A stretch of DNA of 63,389 bases, counting the filler, from Rhabdomonas costata (Eukaryota): the NCBI GenBank assembly GCA_019059605.1. It is 27 parts of 27 records of this genome, joined end to end, with 100 filler letters (N's around TTAATTAATTAA, not from the genome) between each part and the next. Parts side by side here need not be neighbours in the genome. Positions count along the whole stretch, not along the records: positions 11,767 to 14,018 come from JAHMHO010004524.1; positions 14,119 to 16,369 come from JAHMHO010004525.1; positions 16,470 to 18,720 come from JAHMHO010004526.1; positions 18,821 to 21,071 come from JAHMHO010004527.1; positions 21,172 to 23,422 come from JAHMHO010004528.1; positions 23,523 to 25,773 come from JAHMHO010004529.1; 21 more parts are not named here. The stretch is one strand, 5' to 3'. Made by a program: the position numbers and the translations under genes. Each line of letters opens with the position of its first letter. The stretch's first letter is position 1. The notes under the pieces were generated by a model that worked only from the letters and a program-made list of their open reading frames with translations, searched no databases and was not told the origin of the DNA. This document shows positions 13,776-25,729 of the stretch, in pieces.

Positions 13776-14143
13776 AACTGATAGGTTGGGGATGGGCTCA
13801 TCGGGTTGGTGTTAAGGATACCACCGACTTGCCATCCCACTACTGAAGTCAGATAGACAAACAACAGAGTTGCTACAGCAGCCGACGTGGAGCATGGCGT
13901 GGAGCAAGTCCGCGTTTCAAACGAAGCCCAGCCACCACCAGCAAGGCAACTAATACAGATTCTTTCTAATCCTTTTGCGGCTTGAATGCGCGCCTTCTCA
14001 CAATGTCCCCCCAACAACNNNNNNNNNNNNNNNNNNNNNNNNNNNNNNNNNNNNNNNNNNNNTTAATTAATTAANNNNNNNNNNNNNNNNNNNNNNNNNN
14101 NNNNNNNNNNNNNNNNNNCTGTGAGAGGGGCTGCTTTGTCCAG

Positions 14144-16237
14144 AGATGCTCTGCGAGAGGAGCTCAGCTCTATTCGAGCTACATTTCATGCAAAGCTGCA
14201 AGAAGAGGTGCGAAGAGGTGAGAAGTGTTCTCATTTCCGATTCGCCAGCCCCGGCAGACAGGCAAGAACTCAATGGGAGGGGGAGGGTCAGGGAAAAAAG
14301 GAAGCGCGCGAATTTGGTGGTTCAGAGGAAAACGGGGAGGGGAGAGAGCATGTTTACAGACGGGACGGGATATGAATAGTGGTATACTGAGGGAGGGGGT
14401 GAGGTGAGAAAAGAAGATGGAGTGGATAAGAATCTGTGGTCACTGCCTTCAGCAACTGTATCGCAGCCGTCGACGAAGCCCCGACGGGCTGAACCATGTT
14501 AGACGTCAAGCGCCTCATCAAACAGACTGGACTCGCCACATCTCCTGAAAGCCGGAGAACCCTCAGGCAACTTGTCAGAGCCTTCTGCCGCGCAATGCCG
14601 AGACCACCTCTTCTTCTTCGTTTCGCATCAGGCTGAATGTGAACTGAAAACCTTGAACGAAGAGCTGGGATCGTGTGCACTCGATGGTTTTCACCGACAC
14701 GTCTTCGTAAGCGGGGATGTCTACGAAGGAACCTGGAGAGGCGGAAAGATGTGCGGCCAGGGAACCTACCACTGCGCCTTTACTGGAGAACGGTCTGCTA
14801 TTCTGGACGTTTTGCCTTCGTTTTTCGCCCGTTGAAAGACAGACAGAAGGAAGGCAAGCGCTTCCCAGAGAGCGGGATGGGTCACAACTCATTCCACTTC
14901 TAAGGACTTCAGCAGACAAATGCCCCCGTGGAGTTCTCCATTTCCTCGATATATCATCGTCATCAACAATGTATTTTCGTTTTTGTATAGTCTCACGAAA
15001 GTCATCAGGAGTTCAGGAGTTCAGGAGTTCAGCAACAAGGACTTCTAAGGACTTCTAAGTTCGAGGTAGGGTTGATTTGAATGTTGAAGTGCCCTGGTCA
15101 CAATGAACTTTGATCTCTGAAGTTTGATCTTGGAACCCCAAAAAAAATTTCTCCATAAATTTGTTTTTGCTGCGTCGGACTTTGAACATTTAATTGAAAT
15201 GACTTTTGAGCACCCCCACAACGAACTTTGAGGTCGGTGTTACCCTGTTCTAGGGCAGCATGATGTTGGGCAATCTTGCTGAGTATGACACTCGCTTCAT
15301 TGGACTTTCACCTTCAAGCCGTTTTGCTCTTCGCTCATTGCCAACAAACGGTCATCAAATTGGTGTTTCGGCTAGTGACTTCCAATATCCTGTATTTTAC
15401 ATTATACTGACCCAGTCACACGAATACCTGCATTTGCGTTGAGAAGACGCCAATAACCGTATTACGGGCATTATTGTCGCCATACCAGAACTTCGCAATG
15501 GAACATCGCAGGTGAAATCTGGTCAGTGATCGACTGACTAGGTCATTCTACCAACCTGGATCAGCAAGAGCAACTGCACATACGACACAGCTTTCTTAAG
15601 CGTGTGGTTGTTTCCGGGTTTCCGCACACCCGCCAGACGGCAGTAAAGAAAAGGAGACCATCTTCAGCGAAACAAACCGCCATATAACAGCAACAGTGAA
15701 AAGCGTAATGCGCAGTCGGTTCTGGCCTGGGTCCATCCAAAAGAGCTATACAAACAAAGGTCACCCCTGTTCCTCTCAACCTCGGCACTCACTTCCATCG
15801 TCTCAAAGCGGGAGCTCTTCACTGCTCCCGCCTTCACAGCTGCCTACACTTGGCTTGTTGTTTCTTGCCTGCAGGTACGAAGGAAGCTGGCTAAATAATC
15901 TCAGGGACGGCGAGGGTGTGCAAACGTTAGTGGGAGTAAGCGAGAAGTTGTACTCCGGTCAGTGGAGCAAGGGTTTGCGCCATGGCACGGGCACCCTGCA
16001 GCGGAAAAATGGTACGTCCTCCCACGGGTTGTTCCTCGTTGTCAGAGCAACCATTTTTTCAACCACGTTCACTTTCTCACAATTTTGTGTAGGAGATTGC
16101 TACGAAGGGGAATGGATAAGAGGTCTTCCTTGTGGCCAAGGCACAATGTCGCTTGCAAATGGTGACGTATACTCCGGTGAGTTTGCCGATGGGGAGTTTG
16201 ACGGCCACGGAACTATGACCTACGCGAACGGCGACAG
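14144..16237 (+). CDS. MORN-repeat protein, partial; exons 14144-14207, 14632-14792, 15875-16011, 16093-16237
   Basis: Repeats GDVYEGTWRGGKMCGQGTY, RYEGSWLNNLRDGEG, LYSGQWSKGLRHGTG, GDCYEGEWIRGLPCGQG, GDVYSGEFADGEFDGHG. All introns GT-AG with consistent phase. Confidence 0.93.
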
Positions 16238-16275
16238 GTCCTTTTGCAATGTGTTTGGTTGAACTGTTTGCTTGT

Positions 16276-16360
16276 GCAAAATTAAAACCGAATGACTTTT
16301 TTGTCGCTTTCATCGTGCTACTTTGAAAGCGACAAAAAAGTCATTCGGTTTTAATTTTGC
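16276..16360. repeat. Perfect inverted repeat, 37-bp arms, at contig end
   Basis: 16276-16312 versus 16324-16360, followed by a C/A-only tail. Confidence 0.95.
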
Positions 16361-18977
16361 CCAACCACANNNNNNNNNNNNNNNNNNNNNNNNNNNNNNN
16401 NNNNNNNNNNNNNTTAATTAATTAANNNNNNNNNNNNNNNNNNNNNNNNNNNNNNNNNNNNNNNNNNNNTTGTTGTTGTACATAGTGGCACATTGCTGTG
16501 TTCTGCCTTTGTGTTTCTGCTTCTCGTTTTCCTTTGAGTTGCTTTCATGCATTTCATTTGATTGTGCCTCTGTACCACACCTTGCCCTTGATTTCTGTGT
16601 GAGTACACTCTTCCACGTTTTCTGTGTGAGTGCGCGAGCGTGGGATGATTATTGCCGCTCAGTGGACCAGTTTCCAAGTGCAAGAGACCTGCTATTGCGC
16701 TGCTGTCACAGCCGGGAAGGAATGTCTAAAATAGGAGCGCAGGAGCACTATTGGTGCACTGATTGGGTGAATGGCGTTTCGTTAGGAGGATACTACCCCG
16801 CAATAAAGTGCACCCTCAACCCCTCCATGGCCTCCCCAACCACTGTCCGGTTCCCTAACCTGGCTCCGAGGCTCCATCCGCCGGCTCCGAGCCGTTCATC
16901 CCACCTCACGGACCACCAGAGCATCTGCCTTCTATCCCCTCTGTCCCCACAGGAGCCATCTTTTCAGTTGGGCTCACCTCCCCGCTGCCAGCTACTGCAC
17001 AATAAGTTGAACTCCTATTCAGTGTTTCACCCCTGACCCGTCACATCCTTCACCCCCACCGAGAGTCTAGGGGTTTGGAGCTCCGCCTGTACGGGAAAGA
17101 TATGTTTACTCGGGCATAGATATATTTACTCGGGAGTAGTGTCTCATCAAATCGATTTTTAGGGGTGAGTTGGTCTCATGGGAGTACTCTCCCCACTTTC
17201 CCTCTCTCAACCGCAAAGCATCGGCGGTCTTCGGAGGGTCGTAATTTTCCATCCCGAGGCAATAAATCGCCAATTTGTTTTGTACCTTCACCTTCAAGTG
17301 CATCTTGACGCTCGATTTCATTTCCTGAGCTCCGTGGATCATATCCGCGTTTTTCCGCGTTTCCACCCTCGCAGCTTTTTTGTTTTTAAATTTCTTATTC
17401 GTGCATACCTGAGTCCCCTTTGTGTGTCCACATTTGGTGAGAATGGACGAGTCCTCCAGAATGAACGAGTCTGTTTCCGACCCTCCTGCCAGCTACAACA
17501 ACAGCTACAACTACTCAATGGTGGAGGAGGAGGTTCCTGACCTGGGACAGTCCGCGCGGCCGATTTCGCGCTCGCGCTCCCCAACCACGCAAACATACAC
17601 ACCACAACCCAAAACGCTAGACAGGCAGAAGGAGAAGTGCACGCGAGCCAGAGAGAGAGAAACAGTGACAAAGGCGGTATTGCTAGCACAGACTCGACTC
17701 CAATCGATCCAAAAGGGAACACGACAGTGCCGACAGCACCCCGTTTGAAGCAGCGTGGGGCCGGAACTACCCCAGCCACCATTGCTGATACACACAGTCA
17801 TCGTTGCATCGTTGCCTTTTTAGCGGGGTTGACACTCAAACGCAGCCATACCGCACTGTGAGCCTCCACCCATTGCTGTGCTGAGCCAAGGTCCCCACAC
17901 CGAAGAGCCTCCAGCAAGCTCGGAAAATCCATTCACAATGAATGAAAAGACAAGGAAACACACAAACAGAGGTAGACGGGAAAGACAAAGAAGGACGGCA
18001 GCGAATGGGAGCCTCACAAAGCAAAGATGCCGTACATCCGATGGTCACACACTGCGGGGAACAGAACGAACAGACAGAGAAAATGCACAAAGGACACACA
18101 CGGCTGCAGAACAAAAGAAATAAAAGGCATCACTTCAGCACAAGCGCGGCAACGAATTCCAAAAAAAAATGGTCTCGGCTACCGCTTTGCATTTTTTGCC
18201 CAACGCACCAGTCTGCAGCAGTCATTAGTGATTCGACCTGCCGATCTGACCAGAAAGCCCACACGAACTCATCGCTATTTCAGTACTCCGCAGCATAAAG
18301 ACTGAAGGTGCAGCAAAACCGTCATTCACCCGGAAAGGCACACTGTCCACTGTGGCCCGCAATGGGCCACTCTCTCCGCCCTCCCTTCAAATTTTTCCAC
18401 CGAGTAGGGCTGATGCCTGCACCACCACCCCTCCCTCAAAAGCCGAGCGGGAAAAATGTGTCAACTTCTCTTCAGATTCCCCGTCTTTCCCAATTGTGGG
18501 GCCAGGATAAATCACATGAACATGCCATTTGAAGTCTCGTGCACCGTGCAGGCAAACTTGAAATAAAAAAAGACACAGGTAACCCCACATACAGAGAGGA
18601 CAGCGACCAAACACGGCATTTGCACAGTAAAAGAGAGAGTAGCGCACAGGGAGAGCCGGATGCATGAGGCGTCGAACTGGAACCGAGGACGAGCGGGCCC
18701 ACGATGCACCACCATTTCCTNNNNNNNNNNNNNNNNNNNNNNNNNNNNNNNNNNNNNNNNNNNNTTAATTAATTAANNNNNNNNNNNNNNNNNNNNNNNN
18801 NNNNNNNNNNNNNNNNNNNNGTGTGGGGGTTGGAAAGGGGAGTTAACAGAGGAAACAATTCTTCGAATGGGAGTATATTAAAAAAAAAAGGACACAAAAA
18901 TACATTTCAGGCCCAAATTTCGTCTATACCACAAGGACCGCAATCCAGGGAGGAGTCAGAAAAGGCTTCCGTCTCCT

Positions 18978-19864
18978 TCAGCAGCGGTCACCGGAGGTGA
19001 CAGCCGTGGGGACTGATAAACCAGCTCCCGAAGGAAAAAATGCTGAGGTAAAAAAAAAGGGTCGAAAATGAGTTGCAAACCAGTCAAAGAAAAGAGTGAC
19101 AAAAGACCCAAAAAAGCCCCAATTCATTTTTTCGGGAGTTGGAAAACACAAAGAAAAACCCGCCAATTTCTCAGGTTGCACTCTCCCCCCCCCATCCCCA
19201 GACAAACAGACAAGCGAGGGGCACCTGGGGGCGAAGGAGCAGCTTCGACCACGTCGCTGGAAGTCGGCTTGGTGTAGCAGATCCACCCACGGCCAATTGC
19301 TCGGGGACAGGGCTGACATTCCTTGTTGAAGAGATGGCAGATCTGGTTGCATTCCGCCTGGTCGTTGACGCAGGGATACGCTGACGAAGGAGAGCCAAAC
19401 CAAAAAAGCAAAACAAAAAAAGAGGAGCTCTGACCACAACTGAACCTCCTGCGCTGCAGGGCATCGGGCGGGACGACTGCGGTGGGTTCGACGACTGAGC
19501 TCAAAGGGGCAGGCATGCAGGGCAGTTCACAAGGACGCTCCCTTGAACCACACCGTGGGGAATTTTCGATTCCCGATTCCCGAAATCGGTCTGTTTCAAT
19601 AAAAAAAGGGGTGGAAACACGGAAACATAATGGTGGTGGGGAGAGTCATGATGGTTTCCCACCACAGGAAGAGAAGAAGGAGAAAACGGAGGTCCAAGGA
19701 TGCCAAATGCTGTGCGGAGCATGCAAGCAAAAGAATGTGAAGGGGTCCCGCAGGTGGGCGGGGCGAGAAAACAAACTTGTAAGGAGGTTAGCCTCCGCCG
19801 TAGTCCCCAGCAGCAGCGCAGCGACCAGCCCAAGGCTCACCAGGCGCAGCACTCGGGGCACCAT
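18978..19864 (-). CDS. Small secreted cysteine-rich protein precursor, 110 aa; exons 19864-19777, 19494-19441, 19380-19225, 19012-18978
   Basis: Three phase-1 GT-AG introns give MVPRVLRLVSLGLVAALLLGTTAEANLLT-IVEPTAVVPPDALQRRRF-TYPCVNDQAECNQICHLFNKECQPCPRAIGRGWICYTKPTSSDVVEAAPSPP-VPTAVTSGDRC*. Exon lengths 88+54+156+35 = 333 nt. Confidence 0.72.
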
Positions 19865-20913
19865 TTTACTCTGCTTTGGGGATTGCGTGTTTATGTGAGA
19901 GGAAAGTTACAGAAAAAACTGCAAACCGAAGAAGGAAGACGGAATTGCCTCAGGGACCCACCCTTCACGTTGAGGTGTTCACTTCGATTCGCCCGGAGGG
20001 CACATCCTCACTTCCCCGGCTGTGTAATTTCCATTCTGAAGCCCACGAACTGGACCGAGACTGGCGCTGAAATAATAACGTGAAGGCCCCACTGAATCAC
20101 CACTCGCTAGGCTTCTCCTTCCAATGAAAAAGGACTCTCGTAGCCACAAAAAAACACCATCAAACAGAAAGTGTACACAAAGGGGCACGTGAGAGGGGGG
20201 GGGGCAGCAACGTAAAATTGGAAAAATCGGAATCTGCGGGGTGCACCATCTGTTGTACTGGTTTAGGCATTGGGTGCGGTATGCGGAAGGGGATTCGGGT
20301 TTCTTCGGGTTTCGAGGGGTTCCGAGCTGCCTGAAGGAGTGTGCAAGGGGTAACAATACGGGAAAAAAAAAGAGTGGGCAGCGACCGGTCCATTCTTGAC
20401 GGGGTGGAAGCAAATGTCAAGGCGGTGCGAGTTGATGAATATGCACCTTCCTATCGTGGGGCCAGGGTCAACTAGGCTTTTGCTTTGTGTTAACTTGGAG
20501 ACATCTTCATGGTTTCCTAAGGAAGATGTTTCCTCCAGAAGCCACACTATAGGCGGAAATGTAGGGAGTACGCCGAAGACCAATCACGAGGGAAGACTCA
20601 AACACCTCCTTTGGCTTCAAACAGCACACCCTACCACTGCAACAACACCTAGGCCCACTCTCATCCGCCTGTACGCCAAAATCGGATCGGAAACCCACTT
20701 CCACAACCTACACAATCACCGCCCAACTACGGTTACGGTATAGCTTAACTCCCATGGTCACACCCGCAATTGCAGCAGCACGCGAATAGAGTTCCTTTTT
20801 TTGTTCGGCTGATGTCGGGGCGAGCTGCCGTGAGTGCTAGAAAAGGAAAACCTGGCTGACCCTCTGTGAGTGGCAGTGTGAGTGTGAGTGTGAGTGTTGC
20901 GTGTGTGGATTTC

Positions 20914-21068
20914 TGGATGTGTGCGTATCTGCACGTGTGTGTTTGTGTGTGTGTGTGTGGGGGGGGGGTGATCAACTCATTTGGCTTCCACAACAAATGT
21001 CAATGCGTTGATCACCCCCCCCCACACACACACACACAAACACACACGTGCAGATACGCACACATCCA
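20914..21068. repeat. Inverted repeat of ~62-bp arms containing a (GT)n microsatellite, at contig end
   Basis: 20914-20976 versus 21007-21068, differing only in homopolymer length. Confidence 0.92.
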
Positions 21069-21642
21069 CCCNNNNNNNNNNNNNNNNNNNNNNNNNNNNN
21101 NNNNNNNNNNNNNNNTTAATTAATTAANNNNNNNNNNNNNNNNNNNNNNNNNNNNNNNNNNNNNNNNNNNNGCTATTGCATTCTTACACCGTTTAAACCC
21201 TCCTGTCCCCAGCCGCTGTGGTGTCCCAATGGTGTCGATGCAAATCGATGCAATCGATGCAAAGTTTTGAAACGTTTAACCACGCTAAATTGTTTACCTC
21301 TCGCTCACCCACCTCAAAATTGCAATTTGAACTGTGTTTCTGGGCGGCTTGTGACTTTTGGCTGTCTTTGGTCACCCAACGGCGGCCTTAAGAACGCTGT
21401 AAAATCGGAAAGTGCTATTTGGTAGGGAAGTTTTTTTTTGGCACCGCGAATCAGAGGGGAGATCTGTTGAGCGGCGAATGAGAGGATTCAACCCCATGAC
21501 AGAGGAACCGGATGTGGGGTGGGGTTCCGCATCGCAGTTTATGTCCTTTGTTTGTTGGCTCATGTTCCCGTTCAGCCTTGTGCCGGATTGTGGAGGTAGA
21601 ACTGCGTCATTAATGTGACAACACCTGTCATTTGCTCGTTAG

Positions 21643-22005
21643 GAGATGACGCGGTATGGGTTCACCCGGGCCCTCTTTGACGAGAACTGGGGCCCCCTGC
21701 ACGGCTACCACTACACCCTGAAGAAGGTCTGCGACGAGACCGGGGGCCTGGGGTTCCGGCCATGGAGGTACCGCGACAACCTGGTCATCCGGACGTCCCG
21801 CAAGGCCACACGCTACGAGCACAGCTACCTCCCCTTGGCCGAGCACCGCGCCAATCGGGAACGCCTTCTGGCCCTCGCCGACATATACGCGGAGATGCCC
21901 CCAGTGCTGCACTACCCCAGTCTGCTGACTCACAGCGCCTTTCATCTGCCAACGACCACCCCAGGAACGCGTGGCCCCTCCCCCTCCTCCTTTGCCAGGG
22001 TGTAG
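21643..22005 (+). CDS. Exon of an unknown protein (3' boundary uncertain)
   Basis: Acceptor CTCGTTAG, then strongly GC3-biased codons: EMTRYGFTRALFDENWGPLHGYHYTLKKVCDETGGLGFRPWRYRDNLVIRTSRKATRYEHSYLPLAEHRANRERLLALADIYAEMPP. Confidence 0.6.
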   Translation, partial: EMTRYGFTRALFDENWGPLHGYHYTLKKVCDETGGLGFRPWRYRDNLVIRTSRKATRYEHSYLPLAEHRANRERLLALADIYAEMPPVLHYPSLLTHSAFHLPTTTPGTRGPSPSSFARV

Positions 22006-25000
22006 CGATATGTAGAATAATTAACCAGTAGAATGCGGGGCCCATCATATCTTATTAGGCTATCCCGACGCTGAGCAGGTTCTCAACGGTTGTACAATGA
22101 CGCGTCGTAATGAGTTCTAATCTCTCTGTGCAGTCCCGGAACATTTCTCGTTGGCAATTTTGATTGGTGGGAATTTACTTCATGTTGTGCTTTGGCGGAT
22201 AAGTGAGACAGGTTTACTGAACCTCTTGTATTGCAGGGGGGGGGAGCTTAAATTCATAAAAAACAAATCAATTTTCAATCCCTCTGAAATAAAGCTATGT
22301 CCCAAATATCTAAATTTTTAACCTGATCGGGTTGCGTTTTTCTGAACCTCCGCTCAGGGAATGCCTTGCTGGTGTACCTGGAGGCTGCCACAATGCCGCT
22401 GCCTTTGGTCCAGACGGAGGCAGAGTGGGAGTCGGCAGGGCTGCGCGTGCTTGGGGCGAGGGAGTTCTGGTACTACCGCTGCCCAGCCTACCTTCAACTT
22501 CACCCCGTGATATGAGAGCATTGCCCCCTCCTTCTGTGGTTGCGGCACGAATCAGGAACCTCCGCCGAATTCCCAGAGCGGCGATGGGCACCGACAGAGG
22601 AGTCCAACCAACCCGCCGTTGAGAAGGCGGCGTTACAAGTTTGAACACGGCTCCTCATTTGCCGCTTCCGTCGTGGCCCGGCTCAGAGCCATCGATTCCA
22701 TCGATTGCGAAGGGTGAGCGGGAAAGTTATCCGCAGTTCGGACAAGGGATGGCATGGTAAGGTTGTGGGATGGCTATGCGGGGAGTGCCGTGCGCGGTGA
22801 AGCACAGGGAGACGGATGCGGGTCATCATTCCATTAAGAAAGTTGACTGGTTTGTCCGCGGTGGACGTGAAAACTTCTTGTGCTCCAAAATTCTTTGGCG
22901 CCTCCCAACGGGGACGGTGTGAAGTGGCTGTTTGTTCGAAGTTTCGGAGACTGAGTTTTTTTCATTCTCACCCGCCGAGGAGAGTGGAGGTTTGATCCGA
23001 AGCTCTAAACGTCTTCTGAAGAATCCGTTTTCCGTCCCTGGCAAACACTTCGAGACAGTTTCTTTTACCAGGGACGAAACGGAATATCTTCCGTTCCATT
23101 TGGCCGATTCGGCCATGGACCACGCCAGTGCCATGTTATTGGTACAATACCGACTCCCTTAGCTTCCTTCTGGGTGGAGTCTGCGGCTTTGCTGGTCGTG
23201 GGTTTCGGTCCTAATTGGTGGAAAGCAAACTCTTCTGGTCCTCGAGTCAAGGGCCCCTTCCTCCTGACCTCGTCGGTCACCCTTGTTTCTTGTTTCGCTT
23301 GGCAGTATCTTCTCTGCGAGTCTTACTTCCGTTCCCTTTTTCTTGTGCTCTCCCCTTATTTCTTTCCCTCCTCCGTCGCCCATCTTTCCACACACATACG
23401 CGCGCTCTCCGCCACCCCACCGNNNNNNNNNNNNNNNNNNNNNNNNNNNNNNNNNNNNNNNNNNNNTTAATTAATTAANNNNNNNNNNNNNNNNNNNNNN
23501 NNNNNNNNNNNNNNNNNNNNNNCGTTTGATGGGGTGGGCGATGCTCCGCACTGCTATACGACCGAATTGGACACATTTAGGGGAAATTGTTTCTAGGGAA
23601 CAGGGGTTAGGTTGGGGAACAGGGGTTAGATAAACTGTATGAACTACCCCTAAATGTGTTTGTTACAGCGGTTGCGGGTAGTTGTACTGTTTTTTTTTCA
23701 GCAGTAAAGACTTTCGGAGTGCTCTTTCAGCCTCAAATGTGAGATGACACACTGGCTGCCCCGTTTTTGTACTTCTCAACCCTGGATCGGTGGTATGTCT
23801 CCTCTAAGAAAAGTCTCTGTTTGTGGTGGAGCCAAATATGCGAAACCTGTCTCGTTCTTGGGGTTTGCGAGGGTGTAGTTGCTTTCCCCCTTACTTTTAC
23901 TGCTGAGGGCTTGCAGAATATTCTTTGCGAAGCCGAGTGGTGGATTACTTCTTCTCGAAAGTTTTGTGCATTCCGGGTGGGCTATTTTTTTCACATAGAC
24001 TTTAGACGATAGTTCCATTGGATTGTTGGCTTTTCTGTCTGTTTCTTATCTTTGAGTCGTTTTCCTTTTGCTGCGAAGAGGCAGCGTGACGAGGATGTAG
24101 ACTTCGTCGCTTAAAGGTGGCTGGACGACACTGCGATAAAATCACACACACTTTGTCAAAAGGGTATTGTAAGAAAGAACGAGAAACGTCATGGACCCCT
24201 CCCCGAGCTATTTGCTGATGTTAAGTCAACGAGCTGGGTTGGTGTTGATTTTTAGGTAGTGTTTGCAATTGATGGCATGACGCTATGTCACCACGTTTAA
24301 CCGAAAGTGAGGAGCTGGGCAATTATTCTTCTTGAAAGTTAAGGAATTCCGGGTGGGCTATTTTTCCACATAGACGGGAAGGCCAGCGAGGATGGTTTCA
24401 GTTGGATTTTTTTTTTGGGGGGGGGTTGGAGAGTGGAATGAGGCTCCAGTTTCCGCCACAGAGAGTCCGGTAAATCGTGTCTTTACATATACGCTTCCCC
24501 AGCGTACCCGTACCACGACCCCTGCAGTGAATGTGCACTCAGCATGCTGACCTAGTGTGGCCATGCGGAGCAAGCTTACACTTCCGCTTCCGGTTGCGCC
24601 CTCCTCGAGACTGGAGGAATGTCCTTAAAGAAGAAAGGATCCCCACACTCGCCGAGAACAATCGTATGGGATCGGGTTGGACCGATTGTAGGGTGTGGGA
24701 TGTACGGCAATCTCGCGTTCTCAAGGACGGAGTTTTGAGCCAGCTCCTATGCCGTACTCCTCGAAAGACAACAGATAAACCGGTCTTGGAGCTGTTTCTG
24801 CCCGGCGTTGCGTCGGGGATGGCATCCACTTTTTCCTCCAAACTGTCTTCTCGGGACTCTTTCCTTCGGCTTGGGGTGGTGGATCAGCTATCAGTCGAAT
24901 CCTGGATCCCGAGAACTCAAGACTTGATAAAAACCAAACCTTACAGTACACGGACAGTATCATGTTTTCAGAAGGACGGCCTCTTGCATTGTGTCGGGCA

Positions 25001-25474
25001 AAGCCTTCAGTGTTCACAGGCTTTCAGTCTTATTTTTCTGAAAACTTGTTACGCGTCCCGACTGTAAAATACCCCTGTCCCCAAAAACTAAGGTTGCTTC
25101 CTCCACATCCTAACACGACGACGAATGCGACAAGTTTGGAAGGGACGTGGGGCCGCGGATCCCCCAAGAACGGTTTCCTTTTTTTTTTGCCGTTTGACGA
25201 CGTTCTACCGCATTGTATCGGTATAACTGTAGAATACTGTTACTGAATAATATCGATATACTGGATGTGTATTTACACCGCAGTACGTCACACGTCATAC
25301 CATATAACGACGTATGCTGCATACTACCGTTATACTATATAACGTCCGTTTTAGCGCTTAGCACGCCCCCGCCCCCTCCAAAGTGCCCACGAAATGCATT
25401 ATATTCGCTGGAGATATGCATAGGCAAAGTGCAAGAACCACGGGAATGCCTTTTCTTCATCCTTTTCACTTCAG

Positions 25475-25729
25475 TGGGCAGCCTGGCGTCGCCGCCCCCG
25501 GTGGGATGGGCGGGATGAGCGGAGGGACCGTTATGGGCGGAGGTTACGGCATGGGAGGAACGGCCATGGGCGGAGGCAGGGTGGTCGGTAGCACGGTCAC
25601 GGGCGGAGGTTACGGCATGGGTGGGATGGGCGGTGGCGCGGGCATGGGCGGCATGACCCCGACGGAGATGCTGGACGCCATGGATGGTCGGATGGACGGG
25701 CGCCACTTTGGCGCCCCCATCGCGAACAC
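25475..25729 (+). CDS. Internal exon of a Gly/Met-rich low-complexity protein ending in LDAMDGRMDGRHFGAPI
   Basis: Acceptor TTTTCACTTCAG, donor GTATGC, 255 nt (phase 2-2). GGGYGMGG occurs twice with a matching DNA repeat. Confidence 0.75.

Noticed and set aside
16012..16092. Apparent 27-aa insertion in the MORN ORF
   Set aside because: An 81-nt stop-free GT-AG intron; removal restores MORN periodicity.
21760..21790. WRYRDNLVI as a reverse transcriptase YxDD motif
   Set aside because: Second Asp is Asn and no upstream RT motifs are present.
24700..24970. LKDG...FFLQTVFSGLFPSAW...QYTDSIMF as a decayed DIRS-type reverse transcriptase
   Set aside because: Needs a frame change and lacks DD; too faint to call without an HMM search.
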